Of a stretch of 64,000 nt of DNA, positions 29,973 through 40,144 are shown one piece after another. This stretch comes from Candidatus Multivoradales bacterium (GTDB lineage: Bacteria; Acidobacteriota; Thermoanaerobaculia; Multivoradales; J023): the NCBI GenBank assembly GCA_965248925.1, contig CBDFLE010000006.1:32001-96000 (forward strand), read 5' to 3'. Made by a program: the position numbers and the translations under genes. Position 1 is the stretch's first letter. Each line of letters starts with the position of its first letter. The notes beneath the pieces were generated by a model, which saw only the letters and a list, made by a program, of their open reading frames with translations, had not been told where the DNA came from and did no database searches.

Positions 29973-30851
29973 ATGAAGTTGTCGAACTGGATCGGGATTC
30001 TGTTGCTGGTGACCGGCGGCTGCTCAGAGCCCGCCCTGTCGACCAGTTTCATGCAGCAGGTCAACGAGCAGCGCATCGCCACCGGGCTGCCACCGCTGGC
30101 AGAACACCCCGCGCTGAGCAAAGCCGCCCAAAAGCAAGCCGATCGAGTAGCCCGCAGCGGCTCGCCGACCACTAGCCAAAGAGAACTTCAGCAGACCATG
30201 AAAGAGCTGCTGCGCAGCGGTTACGGCGCCCACACCTGGACTTCCAGCACCGTGATTGGACCGCGGCCGGAGAATCTGCTCAGTGCCTGGCGCAAGGTCA
30301 AGCCCGATTGGCTGGAAACTCTCCACAGCGGCGATTTTGAGCACTACGGCTTGGGCCGGTCCAGCTACCGTGGGCAACCGGTCCACAGCCTCTTCGTCGG
30401 CCGCACCCGGCACACCGTCGAATGGCGGCAGGCAGAGCCCTTGAGCGACTTGGTGGCGGTTCGCCACGCAGTGCTCGAAGCGGTCAATCGGGCACGAATC
30501 GCACGCCGCAGACAGCCTCTAACGGCCAACCTAGAGCTCGACCTCGCCGCCCAGCGCCATGCCGAGGACCAGCTGCGCCGCGGCTACTACGCGCATCAAA
30601 GTCCAGAGGGCGATACCGTCCGCGACCGGGCGATAGCCGCCGGTTATCGCGGTGCTCGAAGCTACGCTGAGAATATCGCCAAAGGCCTGTTCGACCCGGA
30701 AGAGGTTGTCCGGCGTTGGCTCGACAGCTCCGGCCATCGACGCAACATCTTGAGCCCCAAACTCACCGCGCTGGGTGTTGGCGTCGCCTTTGGCGACACT
30801 GACGAAGGCTTGCAAGTGCTGTGGGTGCAGGCCTTCGCCGGCCCCCGCTGA
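29973..30851 (+). CDS. CAP/SCP-domain lipoprotein (tandem CAP domains)
   Basis: Lipobox TGGC; VNRAR..L..AAQRHAED, ENIAKG, WLDSSGHRRNIL. Confidence 0.88.
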   Translation: MKLSNWIGILLLVTGGCSEPALSTSFMQQVNEQRIATGLPPLAEHPALSKAAQKQADRVARSGSPTTSQRELQQTMKELLRSGYGAHTWTSSTVIGPRPENLLSAWRKVKPDWLETLHSGDFEHYGLGRSSYRGQPVHSLFVGRTRHTVEWRQAEPLSDLVAVRHAVLEAVNRARIARRRQPLTANLELDLAAQRHAEDQLRRGYYAHQSPEGDTVRDRAIAAGYRGARSYAENIAKGLFDPEEVVRRWLDSSGHRRNILSPKLTALGVGVAFGDTDEGLQVLWVQAFAGPR

Positions 30852-30872
30852 GACGGAGCGCGCGGCGAGCCC

Positions 30873-31792
30873 TCAAGGTAGTTCGAGGCTCTCAGTCGAG
30901 CCTTCCTCCACCACGAGCCGGAACCCGCCAAATTCGGTTTCTACCCGGTAGGCGCCAGGCTGCAAACCCGCAATCAGCAAGGGCCGCTCGGCGAACAGCC
31001 GCAGGAGACAGCCCAGGCGGCGGCTCAGCGCGGTCAGCTCCCAACCATCCGCGGTGTAGATTCGCGGCCCCTCGCAAGCGGCGGTGCAAGTCAGCTCCAC
31101 AGCCCCGCTGGCTTGTAGCTCGAGGCGAATACCCGCCGCAGCCTGCTCGAGACCCAGCCAGCTACCGAACGCCCAGGTTCCATCCGACCAGGCAGCCACC
31201 CGCAGTCGCTCCGGGTAGGGTGGGTGCAGCGCTACCGCCACCCACCCTTGCCGATCCGAGGTCAGCTGGCGCAGCCCGCGACCGTCGCTTTCGAGAAAAA
31301 CAAAAGCCGCCGCTGAATTTACACCTGCCGCCGACACGACCTGGATCTCGAATGAGGACTGACGCTCGACCAGGACCAGCTGCACCAGCTCGCTAGCTCG
31401 ATCTGCCTCTAGCACCAGCTCGACAACCTCGCTAGAAGCCTTGCCGAGCTTCGCTTGCAATCGGACCGGGCCGGGCTGCAAGCCGAGCAAAGAAAAAGTC
31501 CTTCAGGACCGCTGATCGCAAACGCCCGTTGATCGAGGGAGCGGACATGGGCGCGGCTCACCGCCCGGCCCTCACCGTCGAGCACCTGGCCGCGAATCGC
31601 TTGGCCAGCGAAACCTAGGCTGGCTTCCTGATCCGGCTGCTCACTCAGTTGAACGGCGATCTGCGCCCCCCCGGGCCCACTGCCATCGGCGCTCCACACC
31701 ACCCGCCACTGGCCGGCGCCCAACTCTTGAGTTTGAAAATAGCCACTGCGATCGACCGCCACCCGAACATCCGGCCGCCCACCCCAGAGCAC
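30873..31792 (-). pseudogene. Carboxypeptidase-regulatory-like (beta-sandwich repeat) protein fragment
   Basis: IRGQVLDGEGRAVSRAHV and GLQPGAYRV patterns, split by a frameshift near 31490-31500 and truncated 5' at the IS3 remnant. Confidence 0.6.
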
Positions 31793-31799
31793 CTTGCTG

Positions 31800-32009
31800 G
31801 TCTCCAGATGGCCGGATCGGCGCCGACGAGAGCTTCAACGGGAAGTTGCGAGACGAATGCCTGAACCTGGAATGGTTCCGAAGCCGAGAGGAGGCGAAGG
31901 TGGTCATCGAGAGCTGGCGACGTCACTTCAACCAAGTGCGGCCACCTTCGAGCCTCGACTGTTGTCTCTGAATCCAAGCTCATTCTGAAACCGATTTCCG
32001 GCGCTGGCA
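31800..32009 (+). mobile_element. IS3-family transposase remnant
   Basis: Translates ESFNGKLRDECLNLEWFRSREEAKVVIESWRRHFNQVRP.SSL, the C-terminal integrase core; followed by a possible right end terminating in CA. Confidence 0.85.
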
Positions 32010-32010
32010 C

Positions 32011-32778
32011 TTAATCGTCGAGACTAAACTCTTTGCGCGTGCCGGAGTTGCCGGCGCCGACTAACTTGCCGTCCTCGAAACGCAAGCTGCTGGACAGCCC
32101 GCTGCTTTCGTCGGTCTTGATTCGCCAGAATCCAACTTCTGTTCCTTTAGACTGACGCAAGTTCCATATTTCAATTTTCTTACCGTCTTCGATCTTGGTT
32201 TCGAAGGACTCCGGCGCGCCGGTGATATAGAACACCTGCCGCTTGCTCATACCGTTGTCGAGCTTGCGATCGGCGATCGCCTGCTTGATGTCTGCCGACC
32301 AGTCGTCGTGCCCTTCTTGCAGCGGCTGGTGGGCGAAGGCCAGATCGGCGGCCGCCTTGAAATCCTCGAGGCTGTTGATCTTGATCAGCTTGATCACCGT
32401 CTGCTCGTCGTCAGCCGGGCCCACTCCCTCGATCTCTAGCTCGACTTCGTCGCCATCGAAGTCGATTTCCTCGATCTCGACTGGATCGTTGATGCGGATG
32501 CCCCAATAGGTGCCACCGGCGTGCCACGGACTGGCGTTGAAGGCGTCAGGATCGTCCATCTCGCTCGATTCGGGACTGATCTCGATCAGTGGGCTGTAGT
32601 ACACCCCAAACGAATGCCGGCCCTTATTGCAGGGTGCGTCCATGCGCATGTAGAGGGTGCCGGAGAGCATTTTCTTGGCGGCTTTGCGGTCGCTCTTGGC
32701 GAGGCCGGCGAATACGGAGGGTGCCAGCAGCACGGCCAGCGCCCAGAGGACTGTTGTGTGCACGTTGCTTCTCTTCAT
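32011..32778 (-). CDS. Secreted hypothetical protein
   Basis: Signal peptide ending VFA; AAGGAG SD; host-like codon usage. Confidence 0.8.
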   Translation of the reverse strand: MKRSNVHTTVLWALAVLLAPSVFAGLAKSDRKAAKKMLSGTLYMRMDAPCNKGRHSFGVYYSPLIEISPESSEMDDPDAFNASPWHAGGTYWGIRINDPVEIEEIDFDGDEVELEIEGVGPADDEQTVIKLIKINSLEDFKAAADLAFAHQPLQEGHDDWSADIKQAIADRKLDNGMSKRQVFYITGAPESFETKIEDGKKIEIWNLRQSKGTEVGFWRIKTDESSGLSSSLRFEDGKLVGAGNSGTRKEFSLDD

Positions 32779-32979
32779 AAGGTCTCCTTCAGATTTAGCA
32801 TTGCAGGCGCCGAGGATATCACCGCGGCTCTCCGCCTACCTGGGCTGCACTCGCTTCTCAACGTGCAGGAGCAGGTTGATCGCCAAATCTTCGACCCCAC
32901 AGGCCATGCTAATCTGCGGCCGATTCCGCGGCTCACCGCGACCTAACCGCCGCCGACAGTTTCTAGGAGTCAGCAGCCC

Positions 32980-33972
32980 ATGAGCGACCGTCATCCGCCC
33001 CGTATCGTCCACATTGGCCTCGGCCCGGTAGGCTCGGCTATCGTGCGGGAGATTCTCCGCCGCCAAGCCGGCCAGCTGGTCGGTGCCCTCGACCTCGACC
33101 CAGCCAAGGCGGGTCGCGACTTGGGTGAGGTGATCGAAGCCGGTGAGCAGCTCGGCATCGAAGTTGGCAGCGATGCCAACGCCGTGCTCAACGCCAGCCG
33201 GCCACAATTAGCGATCCTCACCACCACCTCGAGCCTCGAACGGCTGAGCGCACAGGTGATCGACCTGGTCGGCCGCGGAATCGCCGTGCTCAGCACCTGC
33301 GAGGAGCTCTCCTATCCCTGGGCTAGCCAGCCCGAACTGGCCGCCGAGATCGACCGCGCCGCCCGCGCCGCCGGAGTGGCGGTGCTGTCGACCGGAGTCA
33401 ATCCAGGCTTCCTGATGGACTTTCTCCCCTCGGCGATGTCGACCCTGTGCCGCGACGTACGCAGCGTGCGGATCAAGCGCCTGCTCGATGCCGGGGCGCG
33501 GCGCCAAGCCTTCCAGGACAAGGTCGGTGCCGGTCTCGACCTCGATTCGTTTGCCCAGCGCGCCGCCGCCGGCACCTTGCGCCACGTCGGTCTAAGGGAA
33601 TCGACCGACATGGTGGCCGCCGCTCTCGGCTGGAGCCTCGACGACTACAGCGAAGAACTCGAACCGGTGCTCGACGACTCCGGCGAGCGGGCCCGCGGCA
33701 CCTTGCAGATCGGCCGCGGTTTCGTCGCTGGTGATGAGCGCGTCACCCTCTATTTCCGCGCCGCGGTGGGCGAGCAAGACCCCCACGACCGCATCATCAT
33801 CGACGCCGAGCCCCCCGTCGACAGCACCATTCGCGGCGGTGTCCACGGCGACTTGGCGACCCACAACGTGGTCATCAACTCCATCCCGGCGGTGCTTGCC
33901 GCCCAGCCGGGGCTGCGTACCATGCTCGACCTGGCCACTCCAGGCTGCCGGGCGGAGTGCAGCGGCGTCTAG
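32980..33972 (+). CDS. DapB-like NAD(P)-dependent amine dehydrogenase (2,4-diaminopentanoate dehydrogenase-like)
   Basis: GLGPVG Rossmann motif, STCEELSYP, TGVNPGFLMD, GGVHGDLAT. Confidence 0.85.
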   Translation: MSDRHPPRIVHIGLGPVGSAIVREILRRQAGQLVGALDLDPAKAGRDLGEVIEAGEQLGIEVGSDANAVLNASRPQLAILTTTSSLERLSAQVIDLVGRGIAVLSTCEELSYPWASQPELAAEIDRAARAAGVAVLSTGVNPGFLMDFLPSAMSTLCRDVRSVRIKRLLDAGARRQAFQDKVGAGLDLDSFAQRAAAGTLRHVGLRESTDMVAAALGWSLDDYSEELEPVLDDSGERARGTLQIGRGFVAGDERVTLYFRAAVGEQDPHDRIIIDAEPPVDSTIRGGVHGDLATHNVVINSIPAVLAAQPGLRTMLDLATPGCRAECSGV

Positions 33973-34009
33973 CAGCCGCAATCACTCGGTCTCCGACTAT
34001 GCTCACCCC

Positions 34010-34723
34010 ATGAACCCGTGGATTCTAGTAGCCGTCGTATTCTTCTCCTCAGCGCTGACCGCGATTCTCGGAATCGGTGGCGGTATCTTGTTGATCGCCC
34101 TGATGCCGGGGCTGCTACCGGCGGCGGCGATCGTGCCCGTGCATGGGGTCGTGCAGCTGGCCTCGAACTCTAGCCGGGCCTACTTCGCCCGCCGCTCGAT
34201 CGCCTGGCAGCCGCTGCTGCCTTTTGCCGCTGGCGCCCTGCTCGGTGCCGCGGTCGGCTCGCAGGTGGTGGTCGAGTTACCCGCGGGCGGGCTGCCGCTG
34301 CTGCTCGGTGGCTTTATCTTGCTGACTACGTGGCTGCCCGGGATCGCCATGGCGCGGTGGCCGGGCCGCTTCTTCACTATCGGCGGGGTGCAGACCTTCG
34401 TCTCCCTCTTTGTCGGCGCTGCCGGCCCGCTAGTCTCGCCGCTACTGTTGCGGGAAGGCTACGAACACCGCCGCGTCGTCGCCACCCACGGCGCGATGAT
34501 GACCTTGCTGCATGCCTTGAAATCCCTGACTTTTCTCGCCCTGGGCTTCTCTTTCGCCCACTGGTGGCCTCTCATCGCCGCCATGGTGGTCTCCGCTACC
34601 GCCGGTTCATGGGTCGGCAACCGGCTGCGCGAGCATCTGCCGGAGACTAACTTGCGGCTGGCTTTCAAGCTCTTGCTAACTGTTCTGGCGTTACGCCTGG
34701 TGCTGAGTCCCTTGTGGGCTTGA
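34010..34723 (+). CDS. TauE/SafE-family membrane transporter
   Basis: GIGGGILL, VPVHGVVQLASN, GAAGPL; multiple TM. Confidence 0.85.
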   Translation: MNPWILVAVVFFSSALTAILGIGGGILLIALMPGLLPAAAIVPVHGVVQLASNSSRAYFARRSIAWQPLLPFAAGALLGAAVGSQVVVELPAGGLPLLLGGFILLTTWLPGIAMARWPGRFFTIGGVQTFVSLFVGAAGPLVSPLLLREGYEHRRVVATHGAMMTLLHALKSLTFLALGFSFAHWWPLIAAMVVSATAGSWVGNRLREHLPETNLRLAFKLLLTVLALRLVLSPLWA

Positions 34724-34833
34724 ATCGCGCCGGCAACTGCTCATCCGCACCACGGCGCGGCCGCCCTGATTCTCAGTGCTAACATTGCTCAGACTCGGAA
34801 CGGAACGCTCTATCCACTTGCCTGGAGGACATT

Positions 34834-35388
34834 ATGCGGCGTCAACAGTTGCTTCTTTCTACTGCCTTGATCGTCTTACTTGTGACGCTGGGCGGCTGGG
34901 GTAAGAACAAGTCCAAGAAGACCGATCTCTATACCTGGCACGACCGAGCTCAGTCTTTCGCCGAGTTGAAGACTTTTGATTGGCAGCCTGCCGAGCGCTT
35001 GATGTCGAAGAGCCAATCGGCCCTAGACCGCTGGATCGTCGGGTCGGTAGAGCGCGAACTCTCCGAGCACGGGATGCGTCACTCTGACGCCGCCGAAGTC
35101 GACTTCGTGATCGCTTACGAGTACGCCTCACCGGATCGCGGACGCCGCGGAAAGCCCACCAGCCGCGCTCCCTCCGGTGGTTGCCGGCGCGGAAAGTGCC
35201 AGCGCGCCAACCCCAAAGCAACCGCGGTGAAACTCGACAACACTCTCTATTTCGAATTTCAGGATCCGGTGACCCGGCTACCCTTCTGGCGCGGGCGCAT
35301 CCGGCCAGTATTGGGCCGCGCCGACGACTTGGAAGGAGATTTCGTCAGCGCAGTGAAAGAGGTTTTCCTCCAGTATCCACCCAGCTGA
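34834..35388 (+). CDS. DUF4136-like exported protein
   Basis: FAELKTFDW, VERELSEHG, WRG..VFLQYPP pattern; GGAGG SD. Confidence 0.7.
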   Translation: MRRQQLLLSTALIVLLVTLGGWGKNKSKKTDLYTWHDRAQSFAELKTFDWQPAERLMSKSQSALDRWIVGSVERELSEHGMRHSDAAEVDFVIAYEYASPDRGRRGKPTSRAPSGGCRRGKCQRANPKATAVKLDNTLYFEFQDPVTRLPFWRGRIRPVLGRADDLEGDFVSAVKEVFLQYPPS

Positions 35389-35393
35389 GCTGG

Positions 35394-36833
35394 TCAGCCT
35401 GCCGCGCAGGTTTGGTCTTGCGCGGCCACCGCTAGGCGAATGTCTTCGATCGCCATCTCCAGCCGTGGGCGATGGGTGCGGAAAGAGAGCACACAGAGGC
35501 GCAAGATCACCCGCCCATCGATGACCGTGTCGGTCATTAACACCCGCTGACGGCGGTTGATCAGGTCGAGTATTCGCCGATTACGCACATTGAGTTCTGC
35601 CTCCGACAACCCCGGAGCAGCCCAACGAAAAGGAACCAGAGATAGTTCCGGCTCGGTCAAGACCTCGATCCCCGGGATCTGGCGCAGCTGCTCGGCAGCC
35701 CAGCGAGCCAGATCAAGCTTTTCGTCGAGACAGTCGCGAAACACGCCGATACCGTGCATCTTGATCGGCAACCAGGCGCGCAAAGCGCGAAATGGCCGGG
35801 TCAGTTCAGGGGATATCTCACTGAAATCCACTCGCTCTGCCTGGTCTTGTAACGGTGGCATGTAGTCGGCGGAAACCGCGTGGGCACGCCGTAGGGCTGC
35901 CGGATCGCGCACCAGCAAAGCGCCGCTGCCGTAGGGCAGAAAGAGGCTCTTGTGCGGATCGAGGGCGATTGAGTCGGCCCGCTCCAGCCCCACTAAAGCC
36001 AACTGGCCACGCTCGGTCATGGCAAAGAACCCGCCGTAGGCAGCATCCACATGCAGCCACAGTCTCTGCCGCTGGGCGATCTCGGCCATCGCCGGCAACG
36101 GATCTACCGCGCCAGTGTTGGTGGTGCCGGCACTGGCCACCACCAAGAAAGGCTGCTTGCCTTGCGACCGATCCTCCGCCACCAGTCGGCTCAGTTCGTC
36201 GGGCCGCAGGCGGAAGGCTCCATCGCAAGGCACCGAACGCACATTGGACGACGGAAAACCGGCCATCATCGCCGCTTTGACCACCGAATGATGCACCTGG
36301 GCGGAAACGTAGATCGTGCCGTTAAGAAAGTTCTCCGGCAGTAGCTCTCGCCGTGCCGTGACCACCGCCGTCCAGTTGGCCAGCGAGCCGCCGGTGGTGT
36401 TGAATCCCCCAGCGCTGGGCGGATAACCCACGATGTCGCAGAACCAGCGCACCACATTAGTTTCCAGCTGCGCCAGTCCGGGAGCAGCGATCCACACGCC
36501 GACATAGCGGTTGACGGCGGTGCTGATCAGATCGGCGAGAGCACTGTGGAAGAGACCGCCGCTGGGAATGTAGGCCAGATAGCCAGGTCCAGCGGTGTTG
36601 TAGGAGCAAGGAATCGCTTGATCGAAAAGTTGCGCCAGCAACCGTTCCAGCGGCACCCCCTGCTCGGGCAGCGCTTCGGCCAGCTGACGGGCGATCTCGG
36701 CGCCGTTCTCAACCGCCGCCGCGGGTTGCCGGTCGAGACTCTCCAGATGCTCGACGATGCGCTCCATCGCAGCGTCCACCCAGGCACGCAAGGTAGCGCT
36801 GTCCGGCTCCAGAGGATAGTCGGTCATGGTCAT
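35394..36833 (-). CDS. Group II PLP-dependent (aromatic amino acid-type) decarboxylase
   Basis: YLAYIPSG, GGSLAN, HHSVVKA, AGTTNTGAVD, WLHVDAAYGG, DPHK (PLP lysine). Confidence 0.9.
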   Translation of the reverse strand: MTMTDYPLEPDSATLRAWVDAAMERIVEHLESLDRQPAAAVENGAEIARQLAEALPEQGVPLERLLAQLFDQAIPCSYNTAGPGYLAYIPSGGLFHSALADLISTAVNRYVGVWIAAPGLAQLETNVVRWFCDIVGYPPSAGGFNTTGGSLANWTAVVTARRELLPENFLNGTIYVSAQVHHSVVKAAMMAGFPSSNVRSVPCDGAFRLRPDELSRLVAEDRSQGKQPFLVVASAGTTNTGAVDPLPAMAEIAQRQRLWLHVDAAYGGFFAMTERGQLALVGLERADSIALDPHKSLFLPYGSGALLVRDPAALRRAHAVSADYMPPLQDQAERVDFSEISPELTRPFRALRAWLPIKMHGIGVFRDCLDEKLDLARWAAEQLRQIPGIEVLTEPELSLVPFRWAAPGLSEAELNVRNRRILDLINRRQRVLMTDTVIDGRVILRLCVLSFRTHRPRLEMAIEDIRLAVAAQDQTCAAG

Positions 36834-37558
36834 TCCGCCATTGTATGACGGCGGCCCGCTCTCGCGGTCTGATCGAGCCTTCGCGACTGCCAATACCGCG
36901 CCGCCCAGAAAGGACTCTCAAGGCTGGACTTGATCACCCCACGGCGGGCCGAGGCATGCATGAACCAGCCGTCCGAGAGATAGATGCCGACATGGCGGGT
37001 TCTGTTCTTGAGCTTGAAGAACACTAAGTCGCCTGTCCGCAACTTCTTCCTTGATATCGACTTACCTTCTTGCACCTGGCCGCGAGTGGTACGAGGCAAA
37101 TCGACTCCGAGAACCGCATGAAAGGTGACAACGACCAAGCCGGAGCAGTCGATCCCGGCCTTCGAGATGCCGCCATAGCGGTAGCGAACCCCCTCCCACT
37201 CGGCCAGCTGGCGCAGCAGCAAACGCTCTAGCGCAGCTTCCGCACCGGGACGCCGAGCGGCCAGCTGGCGCTCGATCGCGGCGGCGTCTGCTCGCGCCGC
37301 GTCTCCGGCAAGCGCAGCAGCTGCAGCCCGCTCAGCCCTGCGGCGTGCCGCGGCTTCATTCTTCGCCGCAGCTTCGGCCACGGCGGTCGCCAGTGGTTTT
37401 GCTGGCGCGCGATCAACCACCGGTGGCGGCGGTGGCGGCCGTAGCTCGGGCAATCGCCCGGCGCAGCTGGTCAGCACAGTGGCTGCGAGCACTAAACAAG
37501 AGAAAGTGGCTAGGCAACGCGATCGGGGATAAATCTTGGTCAGCTCCGACATCTGCAA
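36830..37558 (-). CDS. NlpC/P60 (C40) peptidoglycan peptidase lipoprotein
   Basis: LTSC lipobox; YRYGG..GIDCSG, GDLVFF, HVGIY, FMHAS. Confidence 0.9.
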   Translation of the reverse strand: MQMSELTKIYPRSRCLATFSCLVLAATVLTSCAGRLPELRPPPPPPVVDRAPAKPLATAVAEAAAKNEAAARRRAERAAAAALAGDAARADAAAIERQLAARRPGAEAALERLLLRQLAEWEGVRYRYGGISKAGIDCSGLVVVTFHAVLGVDLPRTTRGQVQEGKSISRKKLRTGDLVFFKLKNRTRHVGIYLSDGWFMHASARRGVIKSSLESPFWAARYWQSRRLDQTARAGRRHTMAE

Positions 37559-37566
37559 TCAGCTGC

Positions 37567-39384
37567 TCAAGCCACCACTTCCGACACCAGGTTATCAACG
37601 ATAAAATCCCGACGCTGCGGCGTGTTCTTGCCCATGTAGAAATCAAGAGCCTTCGAAACTTCGCTCATCGCCCGCACTTGCACCGGCTCTAGCCGGATGT
37701 CGGCACCGGTGAATTGCTTGAATTCTTTGGGAGAGATCTCACCCAGGCCCTTGAAGCGCGTGACCTCGGCCTTCTGGATGCGATCCAGGGCCTGATCGCG
37801 CTCGGCTTCGCTGTAGCAGTAGGCTGTCGCTTTTTTGTTGCGAACGCGGAACAGTGGCGTTTCGAAGATATAGACATGACCGCCAAGCACCAGCTCTTCG
37901 AAATAACGCAAGAAGTAGGTCAACAAAAGGTTACGGATATGCATGCCATCAACATCGGCGTCGGTAGCGATAACGACTTTGTTGTAACGCAGCCCTTCGA
38001 TGCCATCCTCGATGCCCAGGGCACGCATCAGGTTGTAGAGTTCTTCGTTCTTGTAAATCGCATCGCGCCTTAGGCCGTAAGTGTTGAGCGGTTTGCCCTT
38101 GATGGTGAAAATCGCCTGACTGTCGACATCGCGAGCCTGCACCATCGAACCACCGGCTGAGTCGCCCTCGGTGATGAACAGGCTCGACTCCACCGCCAGT
38201 ATGTGTTTGTCGCCGCGGTGGATCTTGCAATCAATCAGCTTGGGGATGCGGATGGCGGTTTTTCTGGCCCGCTCACGGGCCTGCTTCTTGACCGAAGCGA
38301 GTTCTTTGCGCAACTTCTCGTTGGCTTCGATCTTGGCCACCAGTTTCTGCGCATACTCAGAGTTGCGATGCAGCCAGACGTTGACCGCCTCCTTGACCGC
38401 GGCGACGATCCAACCGCGCACATCGGTGGAGCCCAGCTTGTTCTTGGTCTGGCTCTCGAACACCGGCTCTTGTAGTTTGACCGCCACTGCGCCGACGATG
38501 CCGTCGCGCACGTCGGCGCCGGCAAAACTCTTCTTGGCGAACTCGTTGATGCCCTTGAGCAAACCCTCGCGGAAAGCGCTCTGGTGGGTGCCACCATCCG
38601 CTGTATGCTGGCCGTTGACGAAGCTGAAATAGCTCTCGCCATAGCTGTTGGTGTGGGTGAAAGCGAACTCCAGCCGACTCTCGCGATGGTGCACCAGCGG
38701 ATAGACCGTCGGTTCCTCGCCAATCTCCGCCGCCAGCAGGTCTTCGAGCCCGTTCTTACTGCGAAACGCTTTGCCGTTGAGCAGCAGGGTGAGACCGGCG
38801 TTGAGGTAGGCGTAGTAGCGCAGCCGGTGCTCGATGTACTGGTCGTTCCACTCGAAATCGCCAAAGATCTCCGGGTCGGGAGCGAATTCGACGAAGGTGC
38901 CGTTCTTGCCGGCACTGTCGCGCCCCCCCTTCTCCATCGTCTTCTTGCCCCGACTGAAGAGCGCCCGCTGGTACTTCTTGTCGCGGTAGCTACACACCTG
39001 GAAGTGTACCGACAGGGCGTTGACCGCTTTGGTGCCGACCCCGTTCAGGCCGACCGAGAATTGGAAGACGTCGTCATTGAACTTGCCGCCGGTGTTGATT
39101 TCTGACACGCAGTCGACCACTTTACCCAGGGGGATGCCGCGACCGTAATCGCGCACCGACAGGGTCGAGCCGTCGCGGACGATCTCGACCCGCTTGCCGT
39201 GGCCCATGATGAACTCGTCGATAGAGTTGTCGACCACTTCCTTGAGCAGAATGTAGATGCCGTCGTCGGGATGGGAGCCATCGCCCACCCGACCGATGTA
39301 CATGCCGGTTCTCAGGCGGATGTGCGACAAGGCGTCGAGCGTCTGGATGGCGCTCTCGTCGTAGACCGGTTGCTTGTTGGCCAA
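37567..39384 (-). CDS. parE: Type II topoisomerase B subunit, topoisomerase IV-like
   Basis: HIRLRTGMYIG, EVVDNSIDE, GLNGVG, TEGDSA, TDADVDG, RFKGLGE; short GyrB/ParE type. Confidence 0.88.
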   Translation of the reverse strand: MANKQPVYDESAIQTLDALSHIRLRTGMYIGRVGDGSHPDDGIYILLKEVVDNSIDEFIMGHGKRVEIVRDGSTLSVRDYGRGIPLGKVVDCVSEINTGGKFNDDVFQFSVGLNGVGTKAVNALSVHFQVCSYRDKKYQRALFSRGKKTMEKGGRDSAGKNGTFVEFAPDPEIFGDFEWNDQYIEHRLRYYAYLNAGLTLLLNGKAFRSKNGLEDLLAAEIGEEPTVYPLVHHRESRLEFAFTHTNSYGESYFSFVNGQHTADGGTHQSAFREGLLKGINEFAKKSFAGADVRDGIVGAVAVKLQEPVFESQTKNKLGSTDVRGWIVAAVKEAVNVWLHRNSEYAQKLVAKIEANEKLRKELASVKKQARERARKTAIRIPKLIDCKIHRGDKHILAVESSLFITEGDSAGGSMVQARDVDSQAIFTIKGKPLNTYGLRRDAIYKNEELYNLMRALGIEDGIEGLRYNKVVIATDADVDGMHIRNLLLTYFLRYFEELVLGGHVYIFETPLFRVRNKKATAYCYSEAERDQALDRIQKAEVTRFKGLGEISPKEFKQFTGADIRLEPVQVRAMSEVSKALDFYMGKNTPQRRDFIVDNLVSEVVA

Positions 39385-39390
39385 GGCAGC

Positions 39391-39948
39391 TCAACCACCT
39401 TTCTTGTTGTCCAGCGGCGACCGCGAGACTGGCTTCTGATCGTAGGGCAGACAAGGAGTTGTGCCAATCAAGTAGGCCAGGTGCTTGGTCTCGGCAACCC
39501 GCAAAGCCACGTTGTAGCCGCTGAACGAGGTGCGCAAGGTCGGCTGCTGGCTGCTCATGGCATCGAAGTAGGTTTCGAGACCGTTCTTCTTCCAATGCTC
39601 GTCCATCACCTCGAGCAAGCTGCGCGGCTCGACCTCGGAGTCGATCTTCAGCTTGACCTGGATCGAACTCGAAGCCGACGCTTTGCCGGCCATCGCCGCT
39701 GGGCAAGCCATCGGTCGGTCGACCGGCGCGTCGTAGGAACGGACCTTATCGCCTAGGATTGTCTCGGCCGCATCCAGCACCTGCCGCAGCTCGGCAATGG
39801 CCGCTTCGCGCTTGGGATCGTCGCTAGCTGACGATTCGGCCGCTGCCAGCTGCCAAACGACCGCGGCCAGCAGGGCAAGAAGGGTCACTCGAATGCCACT
39901 TGCCAAGAGCCGAGGGTGTCGCGGTTGTGGTGCTTGCTGGTTCTTCAT
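39391..39948 (-). CDS. Exported hypothetical protein
   Basis: Signal-like hydrophobic segment; ends 6 nt before parE. Confidence 0.65.
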   Translation of the reverse strand: MKNQQAPQPRHPRLLASGIRVTLLALLAAVVWQLAAAESSASDDPKREAAIAELRQVLDAAETILGDKVRSYDAPVDRPMACPAAMAGKASASSSIQVKLKIDSEVEPRSLLEVMDEHWKKNGLETYFDAMSSQQPTLRTSFSGYNVALRVAETKHLAYLIGTTPCLPYDQKPVSRSPLDNKKGG

Positions 39949-40144
39949 AGGAACTCCAGAGGGGTGATGATCACGGGTCAAGGTGACTTGCTGTATTGTT
40001 GGGCAAGTAATCCGCAAGACAGATGGCAGGGTATCAGGTTACGCCACCAGGCCTTCTTAGGCGCGGTAAGATCCCTGTAACGATGCCAGCAGCGGTCGGG
40101 AGCCTCCGCCCGGCCCGATCCGGTGCCGAACAGCCTAAGAAACC

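Noticed and set aside
37567-39384. parE without adjacent parC
   Set aside because: Split topoisomerase subunit genes are common; the partner is probably elsewhere.
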